A DNA stretch of 64,000 nt from the human T2T-CHM13v2.0 reference genome, Homo sapiens. The position numbers and the translations under genes are program-made. The stretch is from assembly GCA_009914755.4 (NCBI GenBank), contig CP068257.2, positions 42,560,001 through 42,624,000 on the forward strand, written 5' to 3'. Below the pieces are notes generated by a model that was not told the DNA's origin, did no database searches, and saw only the letters and a program-made list of their open reading frames with translations. Of the stretch, positions 16,991 through 31,283 are shown in pieces; positions within the stretch are counted from its first letter, which is position 1, and the number at the start of each line of letters is the position of its first letter.

Positions 16991-17404
16991 TATTTTTATT
17001 AAAAAAAAAAGATTGCAATATGAACTCTCTCCCTTCCTAAACAGATAATGCAGACTTTTTTCCTTTCAAATGAAGAGGTTTTATTGGAAGTTGCATAGAG
17101 AACACAGTCAGTCACGAGAGCAGAAGGAGCAGGTTCCAGGATTCTGGGGAGATAAGGGTCCAAGCTGAGAACTCCCCTGAGAAGTCTGTGTGCAGACAGC
17201 CCCGGGTGATCCTGGCTGTCCAAGGGCTGAGGGCGGGTTGGGAAGGGCCCTCATCACCCCAGGGGCCAGCTCCCCACATAGCAGCTGAGTAGCACCCAGA
17301 GAACCCGGATCTTCACTCAAGGTGGCTGGCAGCAGAGCCACAGCCCAGGCCACCAAAGCCACCAGAGCCCCTGTGTGGCAAGGATCATGATGCGAGGGTG
17401 GTGA

Positions 17405-18388
<984 letters not shown>

Positions 18389-18488
18389 TGTTTATTTTGT
18401 TTGTTTGTTTAACTCCCCCTGCACCTCCGCCAAAAAAAAAAAAATAAAAGAAAAAGAAAAACTAACCTGTAACTCTGAAGTGTCTGGT

Positions 18489-18776
18489 AGCCAGGTGCGG
18501 TGGCTCGCACCTGTAATCCCAGCACTTTGGGAGGTCGAGGTGGGCAGATCATTTGAGGTCAGGAGTTTGAAACCAGCCTGACCAACATGGTGAAACCCTG
18601 TCTCTACTAAAAATACAATTACCTGGGCATGGTGGCGCACACCTGTAATCCCAGCTACTTGGGAGGCTGAGGCAGAATTGCTTGAGTTCGGGAGGCAGAT
18701 GTTGCAATGAGCAGAGATTGCACTCCAGCCTAGGTGACAGAGCGATACTCTGGCTCAAAAAAAATAAAATAATAAA
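18489..18776 (+). mobile_element. Alu SINE
   Basis: CCAGGTGCGGTGGCTCGCACCTGTAATCCCAGCACTTTGGGAGG, continuing to an A-rich tail. Confidence 0.95.
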
Positions 18777-19591
18777 GTCTCTTGCCTTTGGAGTCGGGCA
18801 TGAAATCTTAATCCGTGAGTTTTCTACCTGGGCCATGGTGGGCCACTGACCACCTTCGGCCTGGATGAAGGCTGGCCCCCAGAGGGTTGCCAAGCTTTGC
18901 CAGTGCTCCCTGGCCTGCGTGGGGCCTGGCTGAGGGCGAGGGCAACAGGAATGCATTGTGTCTGGGGCTGAGCAGGACTTGCGGTGCCTGGGCCCTTTGA
19001 GCCTGGTGACTCCTGAGTGTGACTCCTGAGTCTGACCCCATCACCCGTGTGGGCTGACACCAGCACCTTCCACGCTGTGCTTCTGTGTTTGCCGCCGGTC
19101 TCCAGGAGTGGCCGCTTCTCCATCAAATAATACTCCAGTCTTCACGCCCATGGCTTCCCCCAGACCCCAGCCCAGCCCGAGAACAAACGCTCCATTTTCC
19201 CTCCCTTACAGCTGCGGTGGTTGCCACCACATGGAAGGCCCAGAGGAAGGGAGGTCTGGAGTGGCCTGGAGCTGTGGCCTCCCCAGGCTACGGCCAGACC
19301 CACCAGGAGGAAGCCCCTTGCAGGCTCTAAGGTTAACGCCGCCAAACCAAGTCCTGATCCTGAGAGGCTGGCTCAGGATGAGGATGGGCGGTGGTGTCAT
19401 GCACAGGCACCTGAGGTCCCTGGCTGCTGTGGCACGGAGAGGCCCCCACGGAAGGACTCCGCAGGTGCTGGAGCTCGCTCCCTGCATGGACAGCTGCAGC
19501 CTGGGCAGGGATAGGGGAGCAAAGCTGCAGGCCCGGCTCATCATGGAAATTCAGACCGGTGAGCCATGGAAGGACATCGCCAAGTCCATGT

Positions 19592-19860
19592 AGGGTGAGC
19601 TGGGGACAGCATGGGGAGTGGGAGGGGGGACAGTGGGGAGAGGGGAGAGCGGGGTGAGCTGGGTACAGCATGGGGAGGGGGACAGTGGGGAGGGGGGAGA
19701 GCGGGGGGAGCCTGGGGACAGCATGGGGAGTGGTGGGGGTGGGGGAAGGTGGAGGGAGGGCAGTGCATGGAGGACAGTGGAAGAGGGAGGCAGTGGTGAC
19801 AGTGGAGAGGGAAGACAGTGGGGAGGTAGAAGGGAGGAGGGTAGGACAGTCCAGCCCCCA
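19592..19860. repeat. G-rich tandem repeat with a unit of about 55 bp (GGTGAGCTGGGGACAGCATGGGGAGTGGGAGGGGGGACAGTGGGGAGAGGGGAGAGCGG), 3-4 degenerate copies
   Basis: Directly visible. Confidence 0.75.
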
Positions 19861-22800
19861 TTGGCAGGGGCAGCTGGGGAGAGCAGGCCCCGCCTTTGTG
19901 TGCCCCAGGGCCTGGGCCTGCCTGGTTAAGAGTCTGCACACTCCTAGAGCTGGAGCTTCTCAATGTCGCTCTTGGAAGGTGACCCCACACTCCGCTGGGG
20001 ATAATGCAGGGGGCCCAGGGGTCCTCCCTGGGAAAAGTGTGCTGTGCCCCGCCATAGGGTTCGTGGCAGAAGCCCCTCCCCTGAGCTCAGGCCTCACCTC
20101 CGGCCACTGAAGACAAGGAGATGCAGAGAGGAGGCCTCTGGAGTCTTGCCCCTTACCCCTGCACCCCTGCAGCACAGGCAGGGTGTGGTGGCCGTCTTGG
20201 AGGCACCCGGGCCTGGACAGCTATTCCAAAGCCATAGCTGCCCTCCCCAGGGTGGGTCGCTTGGTCTTAGGAGCGTCCAAGCTGCAGAGCCCAGTAGACA
20301 GAACCTGGATCCAGCGCCTCACTTTACAGGAGGGGAAACTGAGGCACAAGCATGTGCTACCTGGCTCGGGGGCCAGCAGGCAGCCTTTTCCCTTCTGTCA
20401 CCTGCCCTAGGGATGGACCGCCCCATCTGCCAGCCTTGACTGGAGCCTCCCTGGTGGATGTTTACCGCACACCTACTACGTGCAGGGTGGTGCAGCTGGC
20501 GAGAGTCCCCTCTCCTGTTCCACAGACCGGCAAGGTTCCCCTGAGCCCTGGGGCAGGCAGGACCTTTGGCTGGAGGTGGGTGTGCAGGGCAGGGTCTCTG
20601 AGGGGAGACCTCAGACTGTGGACTTGCGGGTGGACGCTTCTCTCTGTCGGGGCCTCCCGTGTCCAGAAGATGTTGAACAGCATCTGAGGCTTCCACCCGC
20701 TGAAGCCGAGGAACAGCCCCCAGCTGTGACAACCCAAAATGCCTCCAGACCTGGCCCCATGTCCTCCAGGGGGACGGAACAGCCTGGTGTAGGGCAGGGT
20801 CCCCTGAGCAGGAGTGGCACCTGTTCCTGCTCATACCACAGACAGCTGAGCTGGCTGTGCCCAAGACTCCCTGCACCCACCAAAGCCACTGGATACAGGC
20901 ACGATTTGCATCTTACTCTCTTAAGTCAGGTTTCTGGAGATGGCTGTCCCAACACTGGAATCCAGCCTGTCTACAGCAAGGGAGAAAGAGGAAGCTGATG
21001 TTGGGCTGAGAGGGGCAGGCGTTACAGGGTAGGTCTCACAAATGCCGACGTGACAGGCAGGGCTTCTGAGGGGGCTTCAGGGACCAGCAGGGAGGCGAGA
21101 CTCAGGCACTGACCCGCAGAGAGCATGGCCTTGGACGCACAGTGGTGACAGCAGCCTCCAAGTGTCCCCCGTGCCCTCAGGCATGAGGGACAGAAGCTTC
21201 TGGGGCCCCTGCCTCTTTCCTGCCCATCCCCTGGTGAAGGAAAATCGCCTCTGATAGGAAAAGCTGGGGCCAGACTCCCTCTCCCTGCATTAGTGTCGCC
21301 GTCCTGCCTGTGAGGTCCCCGGGCCCAGGGCACCTCCCGGGACACCCGAGTGGTGATGCACGACCCTCAGTCCTGGGGCTTAGGACCTCTGGGTGCCCCC
21401 GCAGGTCCGTCCTGGAGTCACTTCACAGTCACTGCAAATGGGCACCACAGCCCACTTTCCAACGCCCCAACTTTCCACACCCAAGCAGCTCCTTGTCCCT
21501 GCCAATCAATGCCCGGTGATGACAACTGTTCTTTTATAAACACCACACATCTTCTAATGCTTTCATGTTAAAAGCGGGAGTGGATCCCACATTCACCTAA
21601 AGGCTCAGGTAGGGACTTTTTTTGCAGAAAACCAATTTCTTGTAACAAGTACTGGAACCTCATTGTAGCCTTGAGTCCTCACTCCTCCTTTTGTTCTAAG
21701 TCTGGGTCTGAGAAGTGCAGGCCTCACACAGCTGTCAGTTCCAAGTGACCAGGGCTGTAACAGGTCCTGGCTGACCCTGGGAATGTCAGGGGATTCTGGG
21801 AAGTAAGAAGGAGGGGCATTTGCCCATAGCCCCGGGGCAGACAATGTGTCCCGAGGGCCAGGCCAGGCTGTCTACTCCATCTCCCTGGGGCGAGTGCACC
21901 TCGGGTCACCTGGCAGCATCCTTTCCAGCCCTTCTGGAGACAGTCAGCAGCTGATTCATTCCGGGAACCAGCATGGCAGGTGCCGGGGCTGGTCAGGGCC
22001 CAGGGCTGTACCCCTCAGCACTGGACCACCCCGTCTCCTGCCCCCTTGGGACTGTTGGGCTCCGAGGAGCCTGGCGCTGGGGTCGGAGGTCTTCATCAGG
22101 ACCCTGGGGACCCTCAGGGTTGAGTGGGGTGGGGCTGCTGAGGGTGGTGGGGGCCGGGGGAGCCACCTCTCACTTTGGGGATCATTGCTGAGGTGAGAAG
22201 GGGGACTGTGGCCACCAGGTGATACCCTCTCCATGCACCTAACTGCTGCTCAGGACTCTGGGGACCGTGTTGCCAGGCCTGCGCCTGCTGGACATGGGCG
22301 TCTCCAGCCCTGCTGGGCTGTGTCTTTCTCGCTGCAGAGCCAAGAGCCCCGGCAGCCCCTGTAGCCAAACACGGCCCTGGCACAGCCTTTCTTCTGGCAA
22401 ACTCCACCCGTGCGTCTTCCAAAGGTGGCTCAACTTTTCACCGGAACAGCCGAGGGACATTGTTCCTCCCAGGGAATGTGGCAGAGGACACTGAAGCCCA
22501 GTGGGGACTTCCGGGGGCTCCTCGGTGTGGACGGCTAACTACACTTGTGGGCACACACATGAGTGGGTCCTGTGGCTTCCGGGCGGGAGGCAGGTTGGGA
22601 GCGTTCAGGGCAGAAGAGCTCCTGTGACCGTGTCCCCTGCAAACAGCCTCGCGTGACCCCAGCAGCACAGAGGCCGTCCTGGAAGAGCGGACGCCCAGTC
22701 TTCTTTTTAAACCAAACACCCTTCGGTCTCAGGATCCCGCATCCCACGGGAAGACCCACAGTGGGTCTGGGGTACTGGGAAGAGCCTGGTGCTGAATCCC

Positions 22801-23100
22801 GCACGCTCCGGGTAGAGACAGCCCATCACCAGTCCCTTCCTGTGGGTGACTGGCAGTGACAGCGGGGAGCCCACTCACTTGGGGACATTTGCCTTTGGTG
22901 TGGATGACGCTTTTGAAAGGGCCTCATTCCAGGATCACAGCCAACGCCAGCAGGTTCTCCCTGGGATCCAGCAGTGGTCCTTCTGGGGGCTGCCCCAAGT
23001 GCTCCCCTGCAGTCTGGGAGTCCATGCTCAAGCTGCCACCTGGCCTCTCACGGTGGCGTCTCACGGAAGCCCTGTCCACGCTCTGGGCGGTGAGCTCCGG

Positions 23101-23111
23101 TCAAACGTGGC
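23101..23111 (-). CDS. ICOSLG: ICOSLG terminal coding segment (GHV-stop); the 3'UTR continues to lower coordinates for an undetermined distance
   Basis: Reverse complement reads ccttccaag|GCCACGTTTGA, giving (G)-H-V-stop in frame with the preceding exon. The seven exon lengths (14+41+351+291+165+36+11) sum to 909 nt, which is 302 codons plus stop. This fits the isoform ending ...ELTGHV. Confidence 0.8.
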
Positions 23112-23664
23112 CTTGGAAGGGAGATGAAGGAGAGAGAGGAACATGAAGCACCCCTTTCCCTTCTGCAGGCAGACGTCGGTTTTCTCAGGACTCAGCTTGG
23201 TGGAAACACAGGGTTTAAAGCTTCGGAAACAGCGGCCTGTTCAGGGAACTTCGACTGGCTCCGACGGGAACAGGCCGGCCGTGTTTTTAGCAAGCTGTGT
23301 TCCTGCATCATCTGGATGGGCCGACCTGGCCTTGGAAGTGCGTTTCTGCGGTCGGCCATCAGCTCGCCTGGGTCCACAGGTGACACCACAGCGTGGTGGC
23401 TGCGCACACCCTGAGCCCACTGTCCCCGGGGAACCCCTTCTCCTGGGCGGCAAACAGGGCTCGGAGGGGATCCTGGCCCATGGCGGGGAGCCCGGCTGGC
23501 CTGCCTGCGAAGCCCAGCGCCCCTTGCAGCCAGAGGCACCTGCCAGGTGGGTGACCGTGTGTGGACATTTTTCCCAAATTGGACAGGAATCCACATCTAT
23601 GTTGCTCCTGGAACTGAGGGGCAAACGAGAGCTGCAGGAGTGGCTGCCACAGAGAGAAGCTGGC

Positions 23665-23840
23665 GGTGCCCGGACCCGCTCCGGACACCCCACAGGGGCT
23701 GGGCGCCGGTGCCTGGACCCGCCCTGGACACCCCACGGGGGCTGGGCGCCGGTGCCTGGACCCACTCCGGACACCCCATGGGGGCTGGGCGCCGGTGCCT
23801 GGACCCGCCCTGGACACCCTGGTTGGGGCTGGGCACTGGG
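23665..23840. repeat. VNTR with a 42-bp unit, about 4 copies (GCCTGGACCCGCCCTGGACACCCCACGGGGGCTGGGCGCCGGT), inside the last ICOSLG intron
   Basis: Directly visible. It gives repeated 'GAGAWTRPGHP' peptides in several artefactual ORFs. Confidence 0.85.
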
Positions 23841-24120
23841 GAGCGCGGGGGTCTAGCACTCGTCTCTCTGCTTCTGTGCATGTTGGGAAAATCCCATCGC
23901 AGTGTGACAAAGTGCACACCAGGATGCCATCCCATGCCAAGGGGAGGCTGCAGGAAATGCCATGCGCACCATCGAGGGCTTCGCTGCGTCTCCAGGAACA
24001 ACAGTTGTTCAAGGCAAGGGACTTTTGCCTTTTGAAAGTTTTTTGAAACTCTGAAAGACAGCTGGCAGCCAAGCCTCCCCTGGGCCCCCCAGAACCTGCT
24101 GCTTCCCACGGCAAACTCAC

Positions 24121-24156
24121 CAGTGAGCTCTGTCTCCGGACTCACAGCCCAGGCAC
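24121..24156 (-). CDS. ICOSLG: ICOSLG cytoplasmic exon (36 nt)
   Basis: Reverse complement reads GTGCCTGGGCTGTGAGTCCGGAGACAGAGCTCACTG, encoding (G)AWAVSPETELT(G). Acceptor is tcctccag and donor is gtgagtttg. Confidence 0.85.
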
Positions 24157-24940
24157 CTGGAGGACAAACCAAAATGGTCAGGGCAGCAGCGATGGGGGGT
24201 GTCCCTAAAGCCCCTGGTGTTCCTGAGCTCTCAGCAGCCCCCTAAACACCCTACTTGGAAGTCTCCCCAAGGCTCCCAGCTCCAGGCGGGGAAAACACTC
24301 ACAGATGAGGGGCTCCCCAGGCCACGTGGCTTTTGAGAAAGATCCTCTTAAAGGGGTACGTGCCTGGGAAGCACTTAAAATGCTGTGACCTGGATCTGGG
24401 GCCCTTCTGCGGCCCAGCCAGCAGTGGCATCATGGCCGTGGAAGATGTTTCTGGGATGACTGAGATTGGCCACAAATGGGAAAGCCAGGGGCAGCCCACA
24501 GGAGCCGCCCCTACTCCGTGGCCACTGCGCCTGCACTCCATTGACTGCCACCCTTGGGGGGTTCTGGGAAGAGCCCCCCCCGTCATCAGGACCATCACTG
24601 CAGCCAACGTTCAGGGCTTCCTGCGCCACTGCGTCCTGCTGCTGTGTCTTACATGGCTGAAACACAGACCTCCGGGCTCTGTCGCGGAGCTGGCCAGAGT
24701 CACAGACCCACAGGGCAGGAGTGCTCAAGGCAGCCTCAGCGGCTTCCCTGGAAATGACCACCACCCCGGCCTCTACATGCAGAAGCCACCCTGCCCACCC
24801 GACCTGCAGGGCAGACCTCGCAGCGCCCTTCTGGCTTGGCAGTGTCAGGAATGTCAGAGATGCTGGGTTTCAAAACCACTTTGTGGGATAGTTCGGGTTG
24901 CTAAGCCTCATGAATATTAGTGCTACCACAACAAAGTTCC

Positions 24941-25236
24941 TTTGTTTTTTTGGGGGGGACAGAGTCTTGCTCTGTCGCCCAGGCTGGAGTGTAGTGGCGT
25001 GATCTCGGCTCACTGCAAGCCCCGCCTCCCGGGTTCACGCCATTCTCCTGCCTCAGCCTCATGAGTAGCTGGGACTACAGGCGCCTGCCACACGCCCGGC
25101 TAATTTTTTGTATTTTTAGTAGAGACGGGGTTTCACCGTGTTAGCCAGGATGGTCTCGATCTCCTGATCTCGTGATCCACTCGCCTCGGCCTCCCAAAGT
25201 GCTGGGATTACAGGCGTGAGCCACCGTGCCCAGCCT
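24941..25236 (-). mobile_element. Alu SINE in an ICOSLG intron
   Basis: Alu consensus in reverse orientation. Confidence 0.95.
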
Positions 25237-25346
25237 ACCACAATAAAGTTTCAAGCTAAATCAGTATCAGTGAGGGAAGTTAAAGCAGGCAAACATTCAC
25301 ACCAACAGGACAAACACTAACATCCACAATATGGGGCCGTCTCTAC

Positions 25347-25511
25347 CTGCATAGCTGTGTTGGAGGCATCGGTCCCTGCACACCCAGCCTATGGCCACCG
25401 CCACGACCACAAGCAGGCACAGGACAGCCAGGATGCTCCACGTGGCCGCGTTTTTCTCGCCGGTACTGACTGGATTCTCTGTGATCTTGTCTCTCTCTCC
25501 GATGTCATTTC
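25347..25511 (-). CDS. ICOSLG: ICOSLG transmembrane-segment exon
   Basis: Reverse complement encodes (G)NDIGERDKITENPVSTGEKNAATWSILAVLCLLVVVAVAIGWVCRDRCLQHSYA(G). Acceptor is ttgtag and donor is gtagag. The exon is 165 nt and the phase is consistent with the neighbouring exons. Confidence 0.9.
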
Positions 25512-25646
25512 CTACAAGAAAGAGGAAAATAACCCGACTTAAAGGATCTTAGAGGAAAAGGGTCTTTTTTTTCATCCTTGAGTAGAAAGTGTTGCAGGGA
25601 AGTATTTATTCCAGAGAACTTCCCTGACATGATTTTGAGGTTTTAA

Positions 25647-26108
<462 letters not shown>

Positions 26109-26137
26109 CCTTACTGGATTTTTAAAAATCAAAGTGA

Positions 26138-26765
<628 letters not shown>

Positions 26766-26770
26766 AATGA

Positions 26771-27087
<317 letters not shown>

Positions 27088-27099
27088 AAATGAACCATT

Positions 27100-27617
27100 T
27101 TAAAGTGAACAATTCAGGGTGCCAGTGCCATCATAACCACCACCTAATTCCAGGACCTGTAACCCCCAAAAGGGAACCTTGTGTCCATGAGCAGTCACTC
27201 CCCACTCTTCCCTGCCGTCTGCTGTCTTTCTGGGCAGTTCATCGGGGAGAATGGTCGTGTCCATTTCAGATGGACTGTGAGCCCGTGTCAGCAGCAAGAA
27301 GGAGCAGATCCAAATGAGGGGGTCTCAGAACAGCTGGGGCCTCTAATTTTTCTCTTAAATTTTGTTCTCATTTAGTGCTTCATGGCACTCCCTTCAAATT
27401 TCACTTTTAAAACTCTAGCTTGGACGTGGTGGCTCACACCTGTAATCTCAGCACTTTGGGAGGCTTAGGCAGGAGCATCGCTTGTGTCCAGGAGCTTGAA
27501 TCTAGCCTGGGCAACACAGTGAGGCCCCATCGCTACAAATAATCAAAATTAGCCAGGCGAGGTGCATGTGCCTGTAGTCCCAGATACTCAGGAGGCTGAG
27601 GCAGGAGAATTGCTGTC
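27100..27617. repeat. Copy A of a roughly 500-bp local duplication that includes a truncated Alu, in the ICOSLG intron downstream of the IgC exon
   Basis: Shares 'TTTTCTCTTAAATTTTGTTCTCATTTAGTGCTT...TTCAAATTTCACTTTTAAAACTCTAG' plus the following Alu with 30012-30375. The segment at 27213-27312 is present at 29901-30008 in inverted orientation. Confidence 0.85.
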
Positions 27618-29337
27618 CTCCTGCACCAGAAGCCTCCAGTTGCTTTGTGTCTCAGTGGCTCACCCTATTCTGGACACTTTGCATAAACAGAGTCCCACAG
27701 GCTTGTCCTCAGGTGTCTGGCTCTGTCACTCGCATAATGGCCTTGAGGTTCTCCACGCCGCAGCGTGCGTCAGGACAGCGGCCTCCTTCCTTTTTCGGGC
27801 TAATTCTCCCCTGCACGCATGGATCACGTTTGGTGCATCCGTCCACCCACGAGGAACACTCGGGTGGTTCCTACCTTCTGGCTGCCATGAACATTCACGG
27901 ACAGGCATTTGTTTGAGTCCCTGTTCTGAATCCTCTGGCCTATATCCCTAGGAGAGAACTGCTGGGTCCTGCAGTGCTTCCACGCTGAGCTTTTCGAGGA
28001 ACTGCCACAACGTTCCCCATGGCAGCTGCGCCCTTCTGCTTTTCCGCCACGATGCACAAAGCTAACAATGCCTCTGGTCTCTGTGTGCAGTGCCCTTCAG
28101 AGAGCCGTCCTCACCGGCAAACAAGCAGCGGCATCCCCCTGGGAGCTTGTTCTGAATGCCCGGCGCGTCTCCAAACACACTTGGAGAAACCACCTGGACG
28201 GTGCTCAACCTTGAACCTCTGAAGCTTTTAGACACTGTCCCGATGCCAGGTGCCAGCCCAGAGCTTCAGGTGCAATGGGTCTGGGCATGGGGGCTTTCAT
28301 AGGCTGCCCAGATGACCCCACTGTGTGGCCGGGGTTGAGACGACAGCCCTGGGAGAAGCTTCTGCTGCCACCTGGGCTGCTCTGCGGGGAGTATGCTGGC
28401 TGGAAGGCAGTTATCAGAGGCTGCTTTGGGAGCAGCCCCTCATCCCGCTGCATGCAGCTCAGACACTCTGAATGTTGAGTCAGAAGGGCTGAGCCCTGAT
28501 TTCAAGAAGGAGAAGGTCCGGCTCTGCCGGGGATCCTGGCGGCCAGGGTGGACTTCGAGGGTATGACCTGTGCAGGCTTCTGGGGTTGAGCTCAGAAAGG
28601 CCGGCAGGAGGTGCAATGCTTGTGGTCACTGTCTGGAATTCTTAATGCTCCCGAAACAAGGAGCCCTGCATTCTTGCTTTGCCCAGGGCCACACGGTGAG
28701 TCCTGCTGGCAGCCCCTTTCCTGCAGCCAGCAGGGCCCCAGGACCCCTCCTCGATCATCTCCTGCCTCCATCTTCTGCCTCTCATCCTGACACAGGAGAT
28801 GGGGACACAAATGGGGAGGGCCTGTGTCCTCTACAAAGGAGTCCCCGTAGAGGAACCCCTTCCACAGGGCACCCCTTCCACAGGGAGGGGCTGGGCCAGC
28901 AGCCGTGCGCAGTGGGATTCCCGTGTCTGGGGGCTTCAGTCTTCTCAGGGGACACACGCCCAAGAGGCAGGGAGCTTGGGTGGGGGCTGCACAGCTGTGG
29001 GCTTCTGTTCTGGGCTGCTGCTGCCTAGTGCTGCGGCTTCTGAAGTGTTACCCAGCCTCAGAGTTCAGCCCTCATCTGTAAAGTAGGTTTAAGAAAACCG
29101 ACTCCAGGTGAAGAAAATGGAGCAATATGCACTGGGCACGGCACCCATTCCTGTTCCCAGAGACCGCGGTGGTTCTCACTGTGCGGCATGTGCCTCTCAC
29201 CTCCCCTCCCTTCCAACCACCTTTCGGGTGCTGAGCCGCGTCGAAGGGACTTTTTGTCTCCTACCTCAGAGGCTCTCCCAAGCCAGCCCTGGCCCCACTG
29301 TCGGGCTCAGCTCAGCACGCAGGCGCCGGGACCTTAC

Positions 29338-29628
29338 CTGTCTGGCTGCCGACAGTCAGGTTCTGCTGCAGAAGCACGTTCTCTATGCAGCAGCCAATGT
29401 TCACGCTGGGGGTCCGTGCGATCCTCAGCACGCTGACCACGTCATACAAGCCCCGCATGTTCAAGAAGACGGTGTCATTCTGCAGAGCCTGGTCCAGCAG
29501 GCTGTTGTCCGTCTTATTGATCCAGTACACGTTGGGCCTGGGGTAGCCGTTTATGGATGTACACGTGAAGGTGAGCTCATCCTGGGAGGGGCTGTGGGGG
29601 GCGCTGACGACGGGCACGCTGAAGTTTG
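29338..29628 (-). CDS. ICOSLG: ICOSLG IgC-domain exon
   Basis: The minus-strand ORF 29312..29617 encodes (AANFS)[94 protein letters not shown]. Acceptor is ctgcag|CAAAC and donor is ACAG|gtaagg. The GTG 'M' at the ORF start reflects the ORF track using alternative start codons. Confidence 0.92.
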
Positions 29629-29883
29629 CTGCAGGGGAGGGAAACAGATTGTGAGAGATGCCAGACCCTGCTGGTCAAGAAACAGAGGGTACACGGTGCC
29701 AAGGCTGGGTCAGAGGGGAGGCGGCCCATTGTGCCCCGACATGGGTGACAGGCCAGGACCAGGGCTGTGGTCCGAGCAGCAGGCTCCGCCCTGTCCTGCC
29801 CAAGAGTCATCCCCCAAGCCAGTCCCAGTAGCCAGGGACCACTGAGCCTGTCGGGCAGTGACTGGCACCCACAGACCCCCCAC

Positions 29884-30375
29884 TCCACAGCCGTCGGCTG
29901 TGCCGGGACCCCCTCATTTGGATCTGGTCATTCTCACTGCTGACACAGGGGCTCACAGTCCATCTGAAATGGACACAGCTGTTCTCCCCAATGAACTGCC
30001 CAGAGCTCCTTGGTTGCCTCTTATTTTTCTCTTAAATTTTGTTCTCATTTAGTGCTTTATAGAGTTCCCTTCAAATTTCACTTTTAAAACTCTAGTTTGG
30101 ATGTGGTGGCTCACGCCTGTAATCACAGCACTTTGGGAGGGTGAGGCAGGAGGATCGCTTGTGTCCAGGAGTTTGAGACCAGCCTGGGCAACATAGTGAG
30201 ACCCCATTTCTACAAATAATCAAAATTAGCCAGGCGAGGTGGCATGTGCCTGTAGTCCCAGATACTCAGGAGGCTGAAGCAGGAGAATTGCTTGAGCTCA
30301 GGAGGTCAAGGCTGCAGCGTGATCACGCTACTGCACTCCAGCCTGGGCAACAGTGAGACCCTGTCTCAAAAAACA
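29884..30375. repeat. Copy B of the same roughly 500-bp duplication, in the ICOSLG intron upstream of the IgC exon
   Basis: See copy A. The ORF-track peptides 'AHSPSEMDT.ILP.ELPR' appear on opposite strands in the two copies, confirming the inverted sub-segment. Confidence 0.85.
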
Positions 30376-30383
30376 AACTAACT

Positions 30384-30690
30384 GGCCAGGCGCGGTGGCT
30401 CACACCTGTAATCCCAGCACTTTGGGAGGCTGAGGCGGGCGGATCACGAGGCCAGGAATTTGAGACCAGCCTGGCCAACATGGTGAAACCCTGTCTCTAC
30501 TAAAAATACAAAAATTAGCTGGGTGTGGTGGCACGCGCCTGTAGTCCCAGCTACTCGGGAGGCTGTGGAGAATTGCTTGAACCCAGGAGGCGGGGGTTGC
30601 GGTGAGCCAAGATTGTGCCACTGCACTGCAGCCTGGGTGACAGAGCGAGACTCCGTCTCAAAAAACAAAAACAAAAACAAAAGCTAACTA
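30384..30690 (+). mobile_element. Alu SINE inserted into the A-tail of the preceding Alu
   Basis: GGCCAGGCGCGGTGGCTCACACCTG..., flanked by an AACTAACT target-site duplication. Confidence 0.95.
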
Positions 30691-30932
30691 ACTCAAGAGG
30701 CAAAGACAGCAAGGGTAGGAGCTCTTCCGGGAAACCAAGCAGCCGCAGGTCATGCACTAAGGATTTTTCAGCTGTTTAGTTTCCCTCGAAGTTAGACAGA
30801 AGCCTGATAACACAGATGAGAATTTTCTTCACTGGAAGAAACAGTGAATGAGCCAGGGAGGGGGTTTCATGAACACTTGTCCACGATGTGAGGCTGGGAT
30901 GGACCTAGCTCTCCCCGCCTCGATGGTCCTAC

Positions 30933-31283
30933 CTGCCACATGCAGTGTAACCTCAATGCTCAAAACCTCCTGGAATCCCAGGGATTGGCTCAACACCAGG
31001 CAGTGAAACTTCTGCTCGTCCTGGGGGGTGACGTTGAACAAGCGCAGGGAGAAGTCGCCCCGCAGCATGCCGGCCGGTGACATCAGGGCTCGGTTCCGGT
31101 AGCGGCTGTCCACGTTTTCCAAGGAGCTGTTCTGTGGGATGTGGTAGGTCACCACGGTTTTCGACTCACTGGTTTGCCAATATACGTAAACATCATTTAA
31201 ATCAAAACGGCTTCCTTCAGGGCAAGCGCAGCTGAGCTCCACGTCGCTGCCTACCATCGCTCTGACTTCCTTCTCCTGAGTAT
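30933..31283 (-). CDS. ICOSLG: ICOSLG IgV-domain exon
   Basis: The minus-strand ORF 30829..31338 contains DTQEKEVRAMVGSDVELSCACPEGSRFDLNDVYVYWQTSESKTVVTYHIPQNSSLENVDSRYRNRALMSPAGMLRGDFSLRLFNVTPQDEQKFHCLVLSQSLGFQEVLSIEVTLHVA. This matches the ICOS ligand IgV domain. Acceptor is ccattgcag|AT and donor is GCAG|gtagg. Confidence 0.92.

Noticed and set aside
19108-19990. Multiple 100-200-aa ORFs (Pro-rich, Gly-rich)
   Set aside because: They overlap the G-rich 55-bp tandem repeat and GC-rich unique sequence. They have no splice or start context and no similarity to known proteins.
23143-24172. ORFs of 177-253 aa on both strands downstream of the ICOSLG cytoplasmic exon, one of which continues AWAVSPETELTG into GEFAVGSSRFWGAQ...
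   Set aside because: This is read-through of the 36-nt exon into its intron past a good gtgag donor. The rest is GC-rich intron plus the 42-bp VNTR. The spliced GHV terminus fits the known protein.
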